DNA of 64,000 nucleotides from Obrimoposthia wandeli (Eukaryota). The notes under the pieces are model-generated. The model was not told the origin of the DNA, did no database searches, and worked only from the letters and a program-made list of their open reading frames with translations. Positions 1 to 10,854 of this stretch are shown piece after piece; positions within the stretch are counted from its first letter, which is position 1; each line of letters begins with the position of its first letter. The DNA lies in the NCBI GenBank assembly GCA_977020255.1, contig CDROCS010000253.1:1364001-1428000 (forward strand), in the 5' to 3' direction. Made by a program: the position numbers and the translations under genes.

Positions 1-49
1 AGAAGTGAATAGACCCTCTTAATATTAAAGAAGCCTTAAAGTTGAGGCT

Positions 50-142
50 TTAGCTTTCAAAAACACCAACGACCATTGAGAGAAGAAACAGGGCTGAAGC
101 TGGAATCATTGTTAATATGAATAATGTGTTTAAATCTAACAT
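50..142 (-). CDS. 30-aa hydrophobic small membrane protein (not in ORF track), MLDLNTLFILTMIPASALFLLSMVVGVFES
   Basis: Hand translation; RBS AAGGA 7 nt before ATG; single hydrophobic segment; hairpin at 31-50 right after the stop. Confidence 0.6.
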   Translation of the reverse strand: MLDLNTLFILTMIPASALFLLSMVVGVFES

Positions 143-228
143 GGTTTTTCCTTGTGTATTTCGTATATATAATTAATCTAAAAATAATACGAAATGTGTG
201 TATTTATTACTAAGTTGCAATAAGTATT

Positions 229-243
229 ACAAAGGTTGTGCCA
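229..243 (-). promoter_or_regulatory. sigma54-like -24/-12 promoter upstream of the 30-aa ORF
   Basis: Minus strand TGGCACAACCTTTGT; matches TGGCAC-N5-TTGC except T for C at -12. Confidence 0.4.
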
Positions 244-403
244 AAGTTGATGTTAATTTTTAATATACTGATATATAAAGATATTTAATTTATGTCGTTA
301 TTGTAATGGATGATAGTGGATTAATATATTTTGAGAAGTGGTTATAAGGGCTATTTAGTGGTTAAAAATATCGATTAATAGTTGAAACAGTAGGTTAGCA
401 CTA

Positions 404-456
404 TTTCTCTAATCTCACTATTGGGACAATCATTCCCAATAGTGAGATTAGAGAAA
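404..456. repeat. Perfect 23-bp inverted repeat with 7-nt loop just downstream of dusA (terminator or element remnant)
   Basis: TTTCTCTAATCTCACTATTGGGA-caatcat-TCCCAATAGTGAGATTAGAGAAA. Confidence 0.85.
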
Positions 457-460
457 GCAA

Positions 461-1474
461 CTAGAGCAAAGTAACCTTATTAAATGCATCAAGAAGAACT
501 TGTCCACTGGCACCATCTTTACCTGCGCACTCACTCAGGTGTTGTCTGAATTTTCGTGCTCCTGATAAGCCATTACAAAGACCTAACATGTGACGTAATA
601 CATGCCACGCCCGACCTCCATCTTTAATCGTTTCATCGATGTAGGGGACCATTAAATCAATCACTTCCGATCTTGTTAATTTTGTACTATTGGAATGGTA
701 TATTTCATTATCTGCATCCGCTAGCATATACGGACTGTTATATACTTCCCGTCCAATCATTACACCATCAACATGTTGTAGATGAACATTCGCTTCAGTA
801 AAAGTTTTAATACCACCATTAATGGATATTTCTAAGCTATCAAAATCATTTTTTATTTGATAGACACGTCCATAGTCTAATGGGGGAACATCACGATTCT
901 GTTTAGGACTTAATCCGGTTAACCAAGCTTTTCTTGCATGGATTATGAAATGGCGGCAATCAGCTTTTGATACCTCTTCAATAAAATTATGTAAAAATTC
1001 GTAAGAGTCCAGGTCATCTATACCAATTCGTGATTTGACTGTAACAGGGATGTTGGTTGCTGCCTGCATCTGATTAACACATTCTGCAACGACGGCAGGT
1101 TCAGCCATCAAGCAAGCACCGAAACGACCATTCTGCACCCTATCAGAAGGACAACCAACATTAATGTTTATTTCATCATAACCATATTGTTCAGCAATTT
1201 TGGCACACTCAGTCATCGCTTTAACATCACTGCCGCCAAGTTGTAATACCAACGGGTGCTCGGCTTCGTTATATGATAAATAATCTCCTTTACCGCGTAA
1301 AACAGCTCCAGTAGTGACCATTTCAGTGTAAAGCACAGTGTGCTGAGTCATGAGTCGATAGAAAAATCGAGAATGTTTATCTGTCCAATCGAGCATGGGC
1401 GCAACGCTTAGCCTGTGATTGACTGTATTACTTGGTGTTAAAGGGGTTGAGTCTTGTTTTTGTTGGTTTGTCAT
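461..1474 (-). CDS. dusA: tRNA-dihydrouridine(20/20a) synthase DusA
   Basis: SVAPMLDWTD, NxGCPS, HARKAWLTGLSPKQNR motifs; ~20-aa polar N-terminal extension. Confidence 0.97.
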   Translation of the reverse strand: MTNQQKQDSTPLTPSNTVNHRLSVAPMLDWTDKHSRFFYRLMTQHTVLYTEMVTTGAVLRGKGDYLSYNEAEHPLVLQLGGSDVKAMTECAKIAEQYGYDEININVGCPSDRVQNGRFGACLMAEPAVVAECVNQMQAATNIPVTVKSRIGIDDLDSYEFLHNFIEEVSKADCRHFIIHARKAWLTGLSPKQNRDVPPLDYGRVYQIKNDFDSLEISINGGIKTFTEANVHLQHVDGVMIGREVYNSPYMLADADNEIYHSNSTKLTRSEVIDLMVPYIDETIKDGGRAWHVLRHMLGLCNGLSGARKFRQHLSECAGKDGASGQVLLDAFNKVTLL

Positions 1475-1515
1475 AGTTGCTAAACTGCCTTGAATTACCT
1501 TGAGTTTCGTTATAG

Positions 1516-1536
1516 AGTCACCCTATAGTCACCCTA
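1516..1536. repeat. Tandem 10-bp direct repeat, candidate integrase arm-type sites
   Basis: AGTCACCCTA-T-AGTCACCCTA between the dusA start and the integrase relic. Confidence 0.5.
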
Positions 1537-1571
1537 AATAAGTAGGATTGATTCTTTAATTAGGCTTAAAT

Positions 1572-1712
1572 ATGGCTTCTTTCAATATAGAAAAATGAAA
1601 ACTCGTAAGTGGTGATTATCGCTACAAATGTGTAGTGCGCGAGAAATCTAAGGGCAAGATTATACATAATGAAAGTAAAACTTTCAGTAAAAAATAATTA
1701 GCCAACACAGCA
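1572..1712 (+). pseudogene. N-terminal relic of a dusA-associated tyrosine integrase, two in-frame stops
   Basis: Translates MASFNIEK*KLVSGDYRYKCVVREKSKGKIIHNESKTFSKK*LANT; resembles the N-terminus of dusA-associated/Rci-like integrases; divergent from the dusA 5' end. Confidence 0.7.
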
Positions 1713-1933
1713 TATTGGCAGTAACAGCATTACCAAAATATATCAATTTAACTGATGATGCATTACAAGCAGATGTGACTGATATTATCCTTAGCTATCA
1801 GTCATACAGATAGCTAAATTAGTCTTATAAACTATAAAAGGCATGCTAGATGGCGATTACATTTGGAGCTCTTCTTAAACGTATCTTTTTATAATGGTTC
1901 CAATAGTGTTCCATGAGAACTTTAAGACAAGTA

Positions 1934-2044
1934 TATATCCAAACCACTTGAAGCTAGGTGTTTCAAGGGACAGCATTGGGCTGGTGTAGAAACACTTTAT
2001 GCTACGTTATTAATTTCGACAACAGAATAACTATTCTCTTCAAT
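1934..2044 (-). mobile_element. Partial ERIC-like MITE (one terminal inverted repeat)
   Basis: Reverse complement aligns with the 3' half of the copy at 48498-48718; TIR TATATCCAAACCACTTGAAG. Confidence 0.8.
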
Positions 2045-2189
2045 AATATTTAGATCAGTGAACAAAGCCACCACAACAATCCAGAAATTGAATATAAATA
2101 GTTATAATATATCATGAAGGGCTGCGTGATGATCATACACAATCCATAGTTATTTTGGTAGAATGAAATAATTTAAGGAGAGCACTTTT

Positions 2190-3113
2190 ATGCCAAATTA
2201 CGTTGTAGGTCACAAAATACCTGATTCAGACTCTATCTGTTCAGCTATCGCATTATCATACCTAAAAACCACTTTAGGTGAGGAAACTGTTCCGGCCCGT
2301 TTAGGTGAACTTACGCCAGAAACACTGTTTATCTTAGATAAGTTTGGCTTTGAACAACCAGAGCTGAAAACGAGTTATGCAGGTGAAGGTGTTTATATTG
2401 TTGATCACAGCGATATTGAACTTGCACCTGATGATATCGATAAAGCTACAATTCTAGGTATTATTGATCATCACAAACTTGGTGATCTAACGACGTCTAC
2501 ACCGCTTGAAATATGGGTCAGACCGGTAGGTTGTACTAATACAATTATCAAAATGATGTATGATTTTAATAACGTTGAGATCCCGAAAAATATTGCGGGT
2601 GCCATGTTATGCGCCATTTTAAGTGATACCGTTATTTTTAAATCGCCAACCTGTACAACTGCAGATATTAAATGTGTAGAAGCATTAGCTGAGATTGCTG
2701 GTATTGAAGATTTTAAAGAACTTGGCATGGACATGTTTAGAGTAAAATCTGCAGTTGCTGGCACGCCTATTAGAGATCTAGTAAAACGTGATTTTAAAGA
2801 CTTTAATATGAATGGTAAAAAGGTTGGCATTGGTCAGCTTGAAGTGATCGACTTAGCTGTTTTTGATGATATAAAAGATGAACTATATGCGGATATTGCC
2901 GAACTAAAAGCTGAGGGTGGACGTCACAGTGTTTTCCTACTATTAACTGATATCATGAAAGAAGGTTCAGAGTTATTGATAGCGAGTGATAGTGATACAT
3001 TAGCAGAACAAGCATTTGGTGTTACACCAAAAGAGGGTAAAGCTTGGTTAGATGGTGTATTAAGCCGTAAAAAACAAGTTGTTCCACCGCTACAAGAAAT
3101 TCTCCTTAAGTAG
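2190..3113 (+). CDS. ppaC: Manganese-dependent inorganic pyrophosphatase (family II, DHH)
   Basis: GHKIPDSDS, IIDHHKLG, SRKKQVVP motifs. Confidence 0.96.
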   Translation: MPNYVVGHKIPDSDSICSAIALSYLKTTLGEETVPARLGELTPETLFILDKFGFEQPELKTSYAGEGVYIVDHSDIELAPDDIDKATILGIIDHHKLGDLTTSTPLEIWVRPVGCTNTIIKMMYDFNNVEIPKNIAGAMLCAILSDTVIFKSPTCTTADIKCVEALAEIAGIEDFKELGMDMFRVKSAVAGTPIRDLVKRDFKDFNMNGKKVGIGQLEVIDLAVFDDIKDELYADIAELKAEGGRHSVFLLLTDIMKEGSELLIASDSDTLAEQAFGVTPKEGKAWLDGVLSRKKQVVPPLQEILLK

Positions 3114-3181
3114 CTATACCAAACGGTTCAATAAATTAGTGCTATTGCTAATTGATAACAATAAAAAACCCAGCAAAAGCT

Positions 3182-3766
3182 TAATGCCGATCAGTTAAGA
3201 AATTTTCAACTTTCTACCGGTTAATTTAAATCTTATACAAAAGAGCACGTATCTAAATGCCTATGGAAAATATGGTATGGGCAGTGATTGGTAAAATGCG
3301 ATAATCAACTCCCAGTGGTGATCAAGTGCGGTCACACAAGCGAGAAAAAACTCTGGAAGATGCCATCACAGAATGGTGTGGTTTGAACGGTGTTGTATGG
3401 CGGGCGCCAGATACACCGATAAAGTTACCTACCACTTTTTATTGACTAACAGTGTTTTCGATAGTGTTGAAGTTAACCTTGCGCATCACCTGATAATAGT
3501 TTAACGCTGTTCGAGTGGCGTTACATCGCTGTACGTGGTTAATGCGAACCATAGTTTTGGAAGACAAGATAAATTAATTCAATTAACTCACGAAAAGTTT
3601 AGAATTACAATACGATGCAAGCACGACTAATAACGAAAAAGTGAAAAGGAAAAGACAAATCCTCACGTCGATTCCCATGCGTTTTCCACCTGCTGATATT
3701 GTTGATTTATATGCACTAGGATTTAGGGAAATGAAACAGTCGCTATTGGACAATAGATTTACATTA
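3182..3766 (+). mobile_element. Highly deleted IS4-family (IS4 subgroup) element relic
   Basis: Left end TAATGCCGATCAGTTAAG matches the E. coli IS4 IR as recalled; collinear transposase fragments MPMENMVWAVIG, WCGL/GVVWRAPDTP, EVNLAHHLI, DNSLTLF, GRQDKLIQL, LTSIPMRFPPADIVDLY, LGFREMKQSLLDNRFTL. Confidence 0.85.
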
Positions 3767-3816
3767 CATTTAGATCCGTTATCAAATGGTATTAATATGG
3801 TATTCACCCAAATCAA

Positions 3817-4821
<1,005 letters not shown>

Positions 4822-6990
4822 TTAAGCTAATTTAACATCGGTAGTGAAGTAAGATTTACCTGATTTTGCCATTTCACGTAGGCCATCAGTCACATGATAA
4901 ATTTCACCTAAATCAGCATATTTATCAGCCATAGCGATGAAGTTATCTAAACCAAGCGTTTCTAAATAACGAATTGCACCACCTCTAAATGGAGGAAAAC
5001 CAACACCATAGATTAAGCCCATATCGGCTTCAGCTGCTGTATCTACTACGCCTTCTTCTAAACAACGAACAACTTCATTAACCATAGGGATCATCATACG
5101 AGCAATAATCTCTTCGCTGCTGAAATCTTTTTTGTCAGCGCAATGTTGGCCAAGTAATTCGTAAGCAACAGGAGCAGGAACTTTCATTGGACGACCACGT
5201 TTATCTTTGATGTGATCATAAAAGCCTTTGCCATTCTTTTGACCTAAACGATCATTAGCATACAAAGTACTGACCGGATCATTGTCAATTTTTGTCATAC
5301 GGGTAGGGAAGCCAGCGGACATAACACCTGTACAGTGATCAGCAGTATCAACACCAACAACATCAAGTAGATATGCAGGGCCCATTGGCCAACCAAATTG
5401 TTTTTCCATTACTTTATCGATAGCGGTAAAGTCAGCACCTTCAAGTACTAATTGACTAAAACCAGCGAAGTATGGAAACAAAACACGGTTTACATAAAAA
5501 CCAGGACAATCATTAACAACAATTGGAGACTTACCCATTTTAGCTGCATAAGCAACAACAGCAGCCACAGTTTCATCTGAAGTATCTTTACCGCGAATGA
5601 CTTCAACTAATGGCATTTTGTTAACAGGATTGAAAAAGTGCATTCCACAGAAATTTTGTGGACGTTTTATACTTTTAGCTAATAAATCAATTGAGATAGT
5701 CGAAGTATTTGAAGTAAGAATGGCATCCTCACTGATCACATCCTCAACTTCAGCTAAAACCATGCCTTTAATTTTAGGGTTTTCAACAACAGCTTCAACA
5801 ACAATATCTACATCTTTAACACTGTCATAACTTAAGCTTGGGGTGATGTTATTTAACACACCAGCCATTTTTTTGGCATTCATACGACCACGTTCAACTT
5901 GTTTAGTTAATATGCCCGTAGCGGTTGTTAAGCCTAAATCAAGTGCTTGATCATTAATATCTTTCATAATGATCGGCGTGCCTTTATAAGCTGATTGATA
6001 GGCAATACCACCACCCATAATACCAGCACCTAATACAGCCGCTTTATTGACAGCTTTTGTTGCGAGTTTACTTGCCTTTTTAGCTTTGCCTTTTATCACT
6101 TGGTCTGCCATAAACAAACCAATTTGTGCTGTTGCTGCATCAGTTTTTGCTAATTTAGCAAAACCAGCATTTTCGGCAGCCATTGCACCAGTGCGATCTA
6201 AGTTAGCACTCGCAATCAATGTATTTATCATAACCATTGGTGCTGGGTAATGCTTACCAGCTTTAGCTGCAATCATACCTTTACAGGTAGTTGATGACAT
6301 GACTAGTTCTGTTGGAGATAACTTTAATGGCTCTAATTTAGGCTGACGTTTTGCGCGCCAATCTAGCTTTCCATTAATTGCCAATTTAAGCATGCTAATA
6401 GCAGCAGCGTGTAAATTTTCTGGCTCAACAACAGCATCAAGAACACCTTGTGCAAGTGCAGCTGCTGGTTTAAATGCTTTACCTGTTGACATCCATGTTG
6501 CCGCATTATCAAAACCAATAAGTCGAGGTAGTCGTACAGTGCCACCAAAGCCAGGCATTAAACCTAGTTTAACTTCAGGTAATCCGATGCTGGCATTAGT
6601 AGCCGCAACTCGGTAGTCACATGCTAGCGTCATTTCACAACCACCGCCTAAAGCAATGCCATTAATAGCGGCTATAGTGGGTAATTGAATATCTTCAAAT
6701 GAGTCAAAAACGTCTGAGGCCTTTTTTGCCCAAGAGGCTAAGGTATCTTCTGGTTGACTAAATGAAACTAAAAACTCTGTAATATCAGCACCAACAATAA
6801 ATGTTGATTTGCCTGAGGTAACGATAACGCCTTTAGCTTCACTGCAGTTATTAATTGCGGCCACTACGGCTTTATATTCTTCAAAAGTTGCTTGATCAAA
6901 TTTATTTACTGATCCCTGAGCATCGAACTTAAATTCTACAATGCCGTCTTCGAGTAATTGGGCTGAAAGGCTCTTGCCTTGATATATCAT
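4822..6990 (-). CDS. fadB: Fatty acid oxidation complex alpha subunit FadB
   Basis: Enoyl-CoA hydratase N-domain (GLPEVKLG), [18 protein letters not shown]; adjacent to fadA. Confidence 0.98.
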   Translation of the reverse strand: MIYQGKSLSAQLLEDGIVEFKFDAQGSVNKFDQATFEEYKAVVAAINNCSEAKGVIVTSGKSTFIVGADITEFLVSFSQPEDTLASWAKKASDVFDSFEDIQLPTIAAINGIALGGGCEMTLACDYRVAATNASIGLPEVKLGLMPGFGGTVRLPRLIGFDNAATWMSTGKAFKPAAALAQGVLDAVVEPENLHAAAISMLKLAINGKLDWRAKRQPKLEPLKLSPTELVMSSTTCKGMIAAKAGKHYPAPMVMINTLIASANLDRTGAMAAENAGFAKLAKTDAATAQIGLFMADQVIKGKAKKASKLATKAVNKAAVLGAGIMGGGIAYQSAYKGTPIIMKDINDQALDLGLTTATGILTKQVERGRMNAKKMAGVLNNITPSLSYDSVKDVDIVVEAVVENPKIKGMVLAEVEDVISEDAILTSNTSTISIDLLAKSIKRPQNFCGMHFFNPVNKMPLVEVIRGKDTSDETVAAVVAYAAKMGKSPIVVNDCPGFYVNRVLFPYFAGFSQLVLEGADFTAIDKVMEKQFGWPMGPAYLLDVVGVDTADHCTGVMSAGFPTRMTKIDNDPVSTLYANDRLGQKNGKGFYDHIKDKRGRPMKVPAPVAYELLGQHCADKKDFSSEEIIARMMIPMVNEVVRCLEEGVVDTAAEADMGLIYGVGFPPFRGGAIRYLETLGLDNFIAMADKYADLGEIYHVTDGLREMAKSGKSYFTTDVKLA

Positions 6991-7133
6991 GCTTTGTCTC
7001 CTTCACCTAAATGTGGTGTTGATGTTTTGATGATTAATCTAGATTTATTAGAGCCATTTATCACTCTAAAAAATGTAGATAACTAATGATAGCTTACTGA
7101 GTGTGCCTTGAAAAAAAGTGAAATGCAATAAAT

Positions 7134-7151
7134 TTAAAACAAGCGTTTTAA
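7134..7151. promoter_or_regulatory. PsrA-like (TetR family) operator upstream of fadBA
   Basis: Palindrome TTAAAAC-AAGC-GTTTTAA, similar to the PsrA motif TTCAAAC-N4-GTTTGAA. Confidence 0.55.
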
Positions 7152-7264
7152 TTATGTGTTTGTTTCTGTAAGCTGATTAATAAAAGACATACAAAAAAGC
7201 ACTCCACCTATAATTAGGGGGAGTGCTTTATAAAATTATGCAATGAATGAATTGAAGTTAAAGT

Positions 7265-9502
7265 TTATATTTTGGGAAGGTTACTTTGTTGATGTAAAAA
7301 ATTAATAAACTCGTCTGCGGGCATCGGCTTAGCATAATAAAAACCTTGAACTTCATCACAGCCCAATTCAATTAAACGCTCTTGCTGCTCAATTTCTTCA
7401 ATACCTTCAGCAATGACTTTCAGTTGCATCTTCTTACCTAAATTAATGATGGTTTCGGCAATAACTGATTGGCCTTCTTGAGTAATATCGGTGACAAATG
7501 CACGGTCCACTTTTAGTCGATCAAGGGGAAGTTTTTGCAAGTAACTTAATGAAGAAAATCCAGTACCAAAATCATCGAGTGCTATGCTTACTCCTTGAGC
7601 TTTTAACTTGGTTAACGCATCAATGATAACTTGTGGTTCATCCATTAGAATATTTTCAGTTATTTCTAATTCAAGTTTATTCGGTTTAATTTTATGCTGA
7701 GTCATTGTATTGATTATATTATCGACAAAATTATCCTGCCTAAACTGTGGAATAGAAACATTGACTGAAATACTAAGCTCGGCAAAGTTTTTTTCTAATA
7801 TTTTTAGTTGCTTACATGCCTGACTGATAACCCAGTCCCCGATTTCAATAATTAATCCTGAATATTCGGCTAAGGGAATAAAAACAGCAGGAGAAACAAA
7901 TTTTCCATCTGCCGTACGCCAGCGTAATAAAGCCTCAGCACCAATAACTTTGCCTGTAGTTAATGATAATTGTGGTTGATACCAAAGCTCAAGACAGTTA
8001 TTTGCAAAATCATTACGCAGTTGGCGAATCATGTTTAGACGCCATTGCATTTGATCTTCTATATCCGAGTGGTAATAGGCAAAGTGCTCTAAACGATTCT
8101 TTTTGGCTATATTCAACGCAATATTAATTTGATTTAATACTTGTACGCCACTGCTTTGGGCATGTTCTTTAGTACATAAGCCAAAACAAGCATTAATAGG
8201 AAGGTGTTGCTCACCTGCGGTAAAAGGTTGGTGAAATAGTGCAATTAAACTTTCAGGGGTTAAACAATCAGCAGGACCAATAATACCAAAAACGTCTGCA
8301 CCCACACGAGCAAACTGACAGTCACAATCTATGCTTTGCATTCGCTGACCGACCGCAGAGAGTAGCTTATTGCCAATATCTTGTCCTAAAGCATCATTGA
8401 TATCACTGAAATGATTTATATCAATTAAGGCTGCAACTTTGTTTGTACAATCATTTTGGGCAAAATCATCAAGTAAGCGAACAAATTCTAGGCGATTTGG
8501 TAAATTGGTTAATCCGTCTTTATAAGCAGCGTTAGTGAGTTTTTGAAATAAGTGAACATTTTCGTAACTGACAGCAATGCCGGTTAAAAATACATTCAAT
8601 AGCTGGATTTGGATTTCTGTTAGTGGACTCGTAAGCCTGACATGGATGACAGCACGGTAATCACCTTTGGCAACATAAAGATTAAGGCTGTCATCGAGAT
8701 ATTGATGCTTTTGTTGTAAGAAGCAAGCTTTGACTTGTTTATTTGCTTGGTGATCTTGTAACTTATCAAGTTTTTGATTGATTAAGTTATCATCAAAGCC
8801 TATTTGCGCTAAGACATAAAAACTCAAGTCATCAATATTATCAATGATTCCTTGACCTCTAGCGCAAAAAACGGCAGATAGGTCATCACTAATAAGGGGT
8901 CTTAATTGTGCTAAAACGCTCTGACTATAGGTAGAAAGAGAGTGCTGTGACGACAACTCGGTAGCACCTGAAACTATTTTCTCAAGACCTTGACGGTTCT
9001 CATTGACGGTCGCTATTTGTTGAAAAGAGCGAATGGCGGCAAAAACGGTAGTGACTAACTTACGGCGAGTTAGCTCAGTTTTTGTCTTATAATCATTAAT
9101 ATCATATTCTTTTATGACACTTTCTTCGGGAGCATAGCCAGGTTGCCCTGTACGTAAAACAATGCGGATATCTTTTCGCTGTAATGTTTCTCTTATGTAT
9201 TTGACAACATTTAAACCAGCATCATCAGTTTCCATAACAACATCGAGCAGTACCAGCACAATGTCGTCATTTTTTTCAATTATTTGGCAGGCATCTTTAC
9301 CTGAATAGGCATGTAAGTACTCAAGACGGCGTCCTAATACGACAAGATCCGATAAGGCTAATTGAGTTACTGAATGAATCTCTGGATCATCATCAACAAT
9401 TAGTACTTGCCAAGTTTCATTACTGCCAAATGCTAAAATATCGTCTTCAGCACTATCATCGATAAATAAAAAGTCATCGTGTGAATTTTCGGATGCTTGC
9501 AT
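7265..9502 (-). CDS. Response regulator c-di-GMP phosphodiesterase: REC + DUF3369-like + degenerate GGDEF + EAL
   Basis: LIVDDD/LLDVVM receiver; GGDEF replaced by GADVF; intact EAL and DDFGTG. Confidence 0.9.
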   Translation of the reverse strand: MQASENSHDDFLFIDDSAEDDILAFGSNETWQVLIVDDDPEIHSVTQLALSDLVVLGRRLEYLHAYSGKDACQIIEKNDDIVLVLLDVVMETDDAGLNVVKYIRETLQRKDIRIVLRTGQPGYAPEESVIKEYDINDYKTKTELTRRKLVTTVFAAIRSFQQIATVNENRQGLEKIVSGATELSSQHSLSTYSQSVLAQLRPLISDDLSAVFCARGQGIIDNIDDLSFYVLAQIGFDDNLINQKLDKLQDHQANKQVKACFLQQKHQYLDDSLNLYVAKGDYRAVIHVRLTSPLTEIQIQLLNVFLTGIAVSYENVHLFQKLTNAAYKDGLTNLPNRLEFVRLLDDFAQNDCTNKVAALIDINHFSDINDALGQDIGNKLLSAVGQRMQSIDCDCQFARVGADVFGIIGPADCLTPESLIALFHQPFTAGEQHLPINACFGLCTKEHAQSSGVQVLNQINIALNIAKKNRLEHFAYYHSDIEDQMQWRLNMIRQLRNDFANNCLELWYQPQLSLTTGKVIGAEALLRWRTADGKFVSPAVFIPLAEYSGLIIEIGDWVISQACKQLKILEKNFAELSISVNVSIPQFRQDNFVDNIINTMTQHKIKPNKLELEITENILMDEPQVIIDALTKLKAQGVSIALDDFGTGFSSLSYLQKLPLDRLKVDRAFVTDITQEGQSVIAETIINLGKKMQLKVIAEGIEEIEQQERLIELGCDEVQGFYYAKPMPADEFINFLHQQSNLPKI

Positions 9503-9652
9503 ACTGCCCTCATAACTAAGCGTATCTTCTGTAAATATACATAGTTAAAATTGAAATTTATTTTATTTAGCTTAACTATAACTCAATACTACTTTTTTAC
9601 ACTATTGAGCGAGATAATAATACCTGTTTGGTAATATTTATTTGTTTTATTT

Positions 9653-9691
9653 TACTGAGTTATATTAAATTGAATTTAATATAACTCAGTA
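9653..9691. repeat. Perfect 18-bp inverted repeat with 3-nt loop in a divergent promoter region
   Basis: TACTGAGTTATATTAAAT-tga-ATTTAATATAACTCAGTA. Confidence 0.85.
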
Positions 9692-9795
9692 TAGTTAGCT
9701 TACCTTTTGACATAGTGTGTTAAAAGGTTTAATCATAAGCATCAAGCGAAATATTTCTGCTTTATTTGAAGGATATTTAAAAGGGAGTTAATAAT

Positions 9796-10695
9796 GTGAG
9801 TAAAGAAAAACTAGATGTTGTGATACTTGAAAAAGAGGTTAAAAAAGACGGTGATGATACTGCCATAGTAAAGAGTAATAAATCAACTCAAAACTCAGCG
9901 GAGTCGGGGGTATCTCAACAGTTTTTGAGGCTTGCTAAAAGGTTTGTTATTGATGGTGCTTTGTTACCAGAAGAGAAACAAATGCTAATTGAAGATAGGA
10001 CCGTGAAGCGAGCCAGATTGAGCCAATTACGAAAACAGCAAAATATTGAAAATATTATGCAAAAAACACTAGGCTATTGTGCCGATTTTGAGCTAGAGCA
10101 AAGAACAGATCATGACTGGTTCAGCCGCTATATTGCGTTATCTGAAGAAGTAAGTAACCCGACCATGCAAGATTTATGGGCAAAAATATTGGCTGGAGAA
10201 CTTACTAAACCAGGTGCTTTTTCATTTAAGGCTCTACAAGTTTTTCGGGATATGAGTATTTATGATGCGAAACTATTAGCCAAAGCTTGCTCATTAGCGA
10301 TAAAAGATCCAAATAAAAAAAGTATTCGACTCATCACGGGGGCTTATCAACAACCAGGCTTATTCAATTTTTTCTCTAAGCAGCGACAACAGTATTGTAA
10401 TTTAAGCCACTATGGTTTGAATTATGCTGATTTATTAGCTTTATCAGAGAATCATCTTATATATTTGCAAGAAAGTGAGTCGAGCTTAATAAGTAAAGAA
10501 GAGACTCTACAATTTACCTATAATGGTTTAGCGTTAAAGTTAACTGCAAAAAAGCCGAATGTTTGTCTACAATTTTATAAATTTACCCCGCTAGGTGCCG
10601 AACTTGCCCATCTGATTAGTGATAAAAGTAATGATGATTTTTTTGAGTATTTAAAAAATATGTTAACGCATTACTTTGTCGTTAATAGTGATTAA
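9796..10695 (+). CDS. Conserved hypothetical protein, TIGR03899/DUF2806-like
   Basis: DHDWFSRY, MQDLWAKILAGE, PGAFSFKAL pattern; GTG start after GGGAG. Confidence 0.7.
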   Translation: MSKEKLDVVILEKEVKKDGDDTAIVKSNKSTQNSAESGVSQQFLRLAKRFVIDGALLPEEKQMLIEDRTVKRARLSQLRKQQNIENIMQKTLGYCADFELEQRTDHDWFSRYIALSEEVSNPTMQDLWAKILAGELTKPGAFSFKALQVFRDMSIYDAKLLAKACSLAIKDPNKKSIRLITGAYQQPGLFNFFSKQRQQYCNLSHYGLNYADLLALSENHLIYLQESESSLISKEETLQFTYNGLALKLTAKKPNVCLQFYKFTPLGAELAHLISDKSNDDFFEYLKNMLTHYFVVNSD

Positions 10696-10762
10696 TAACA
10701 GTACTATTTAATAGATCCACCTATCGTTTAAATATAGCTTGCATCCCTGGGGTTAATTTACT

Positions 10763-10798
10763 AATGTTATATTATATCAATTGTGATATTATCTCATT
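10763..10798. promoter_or_regulatory. Two tandem Zur-like boxes
   Basis: AATGTTATATTATATCAAT (17/19) and ATTGTGATATTATCTCATT (15/19) versus AATGTTATAWTATAACATT. Confidence 0.65.
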
Positions 10799-10854
10799 TT
10801 GAAGGTCAATACTGGCCAATTAACAGTAAATTAATCTAGATTCACGGAATAAAC

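Noticed and set aside
3583-3816. 77-aa minus-strand ORF after the fadA stop as a frameshifted fadA C-terminus
   Set aside because: No GHP or CIGLG motif; it is mostly the antisense of the IS4 transposase fragment
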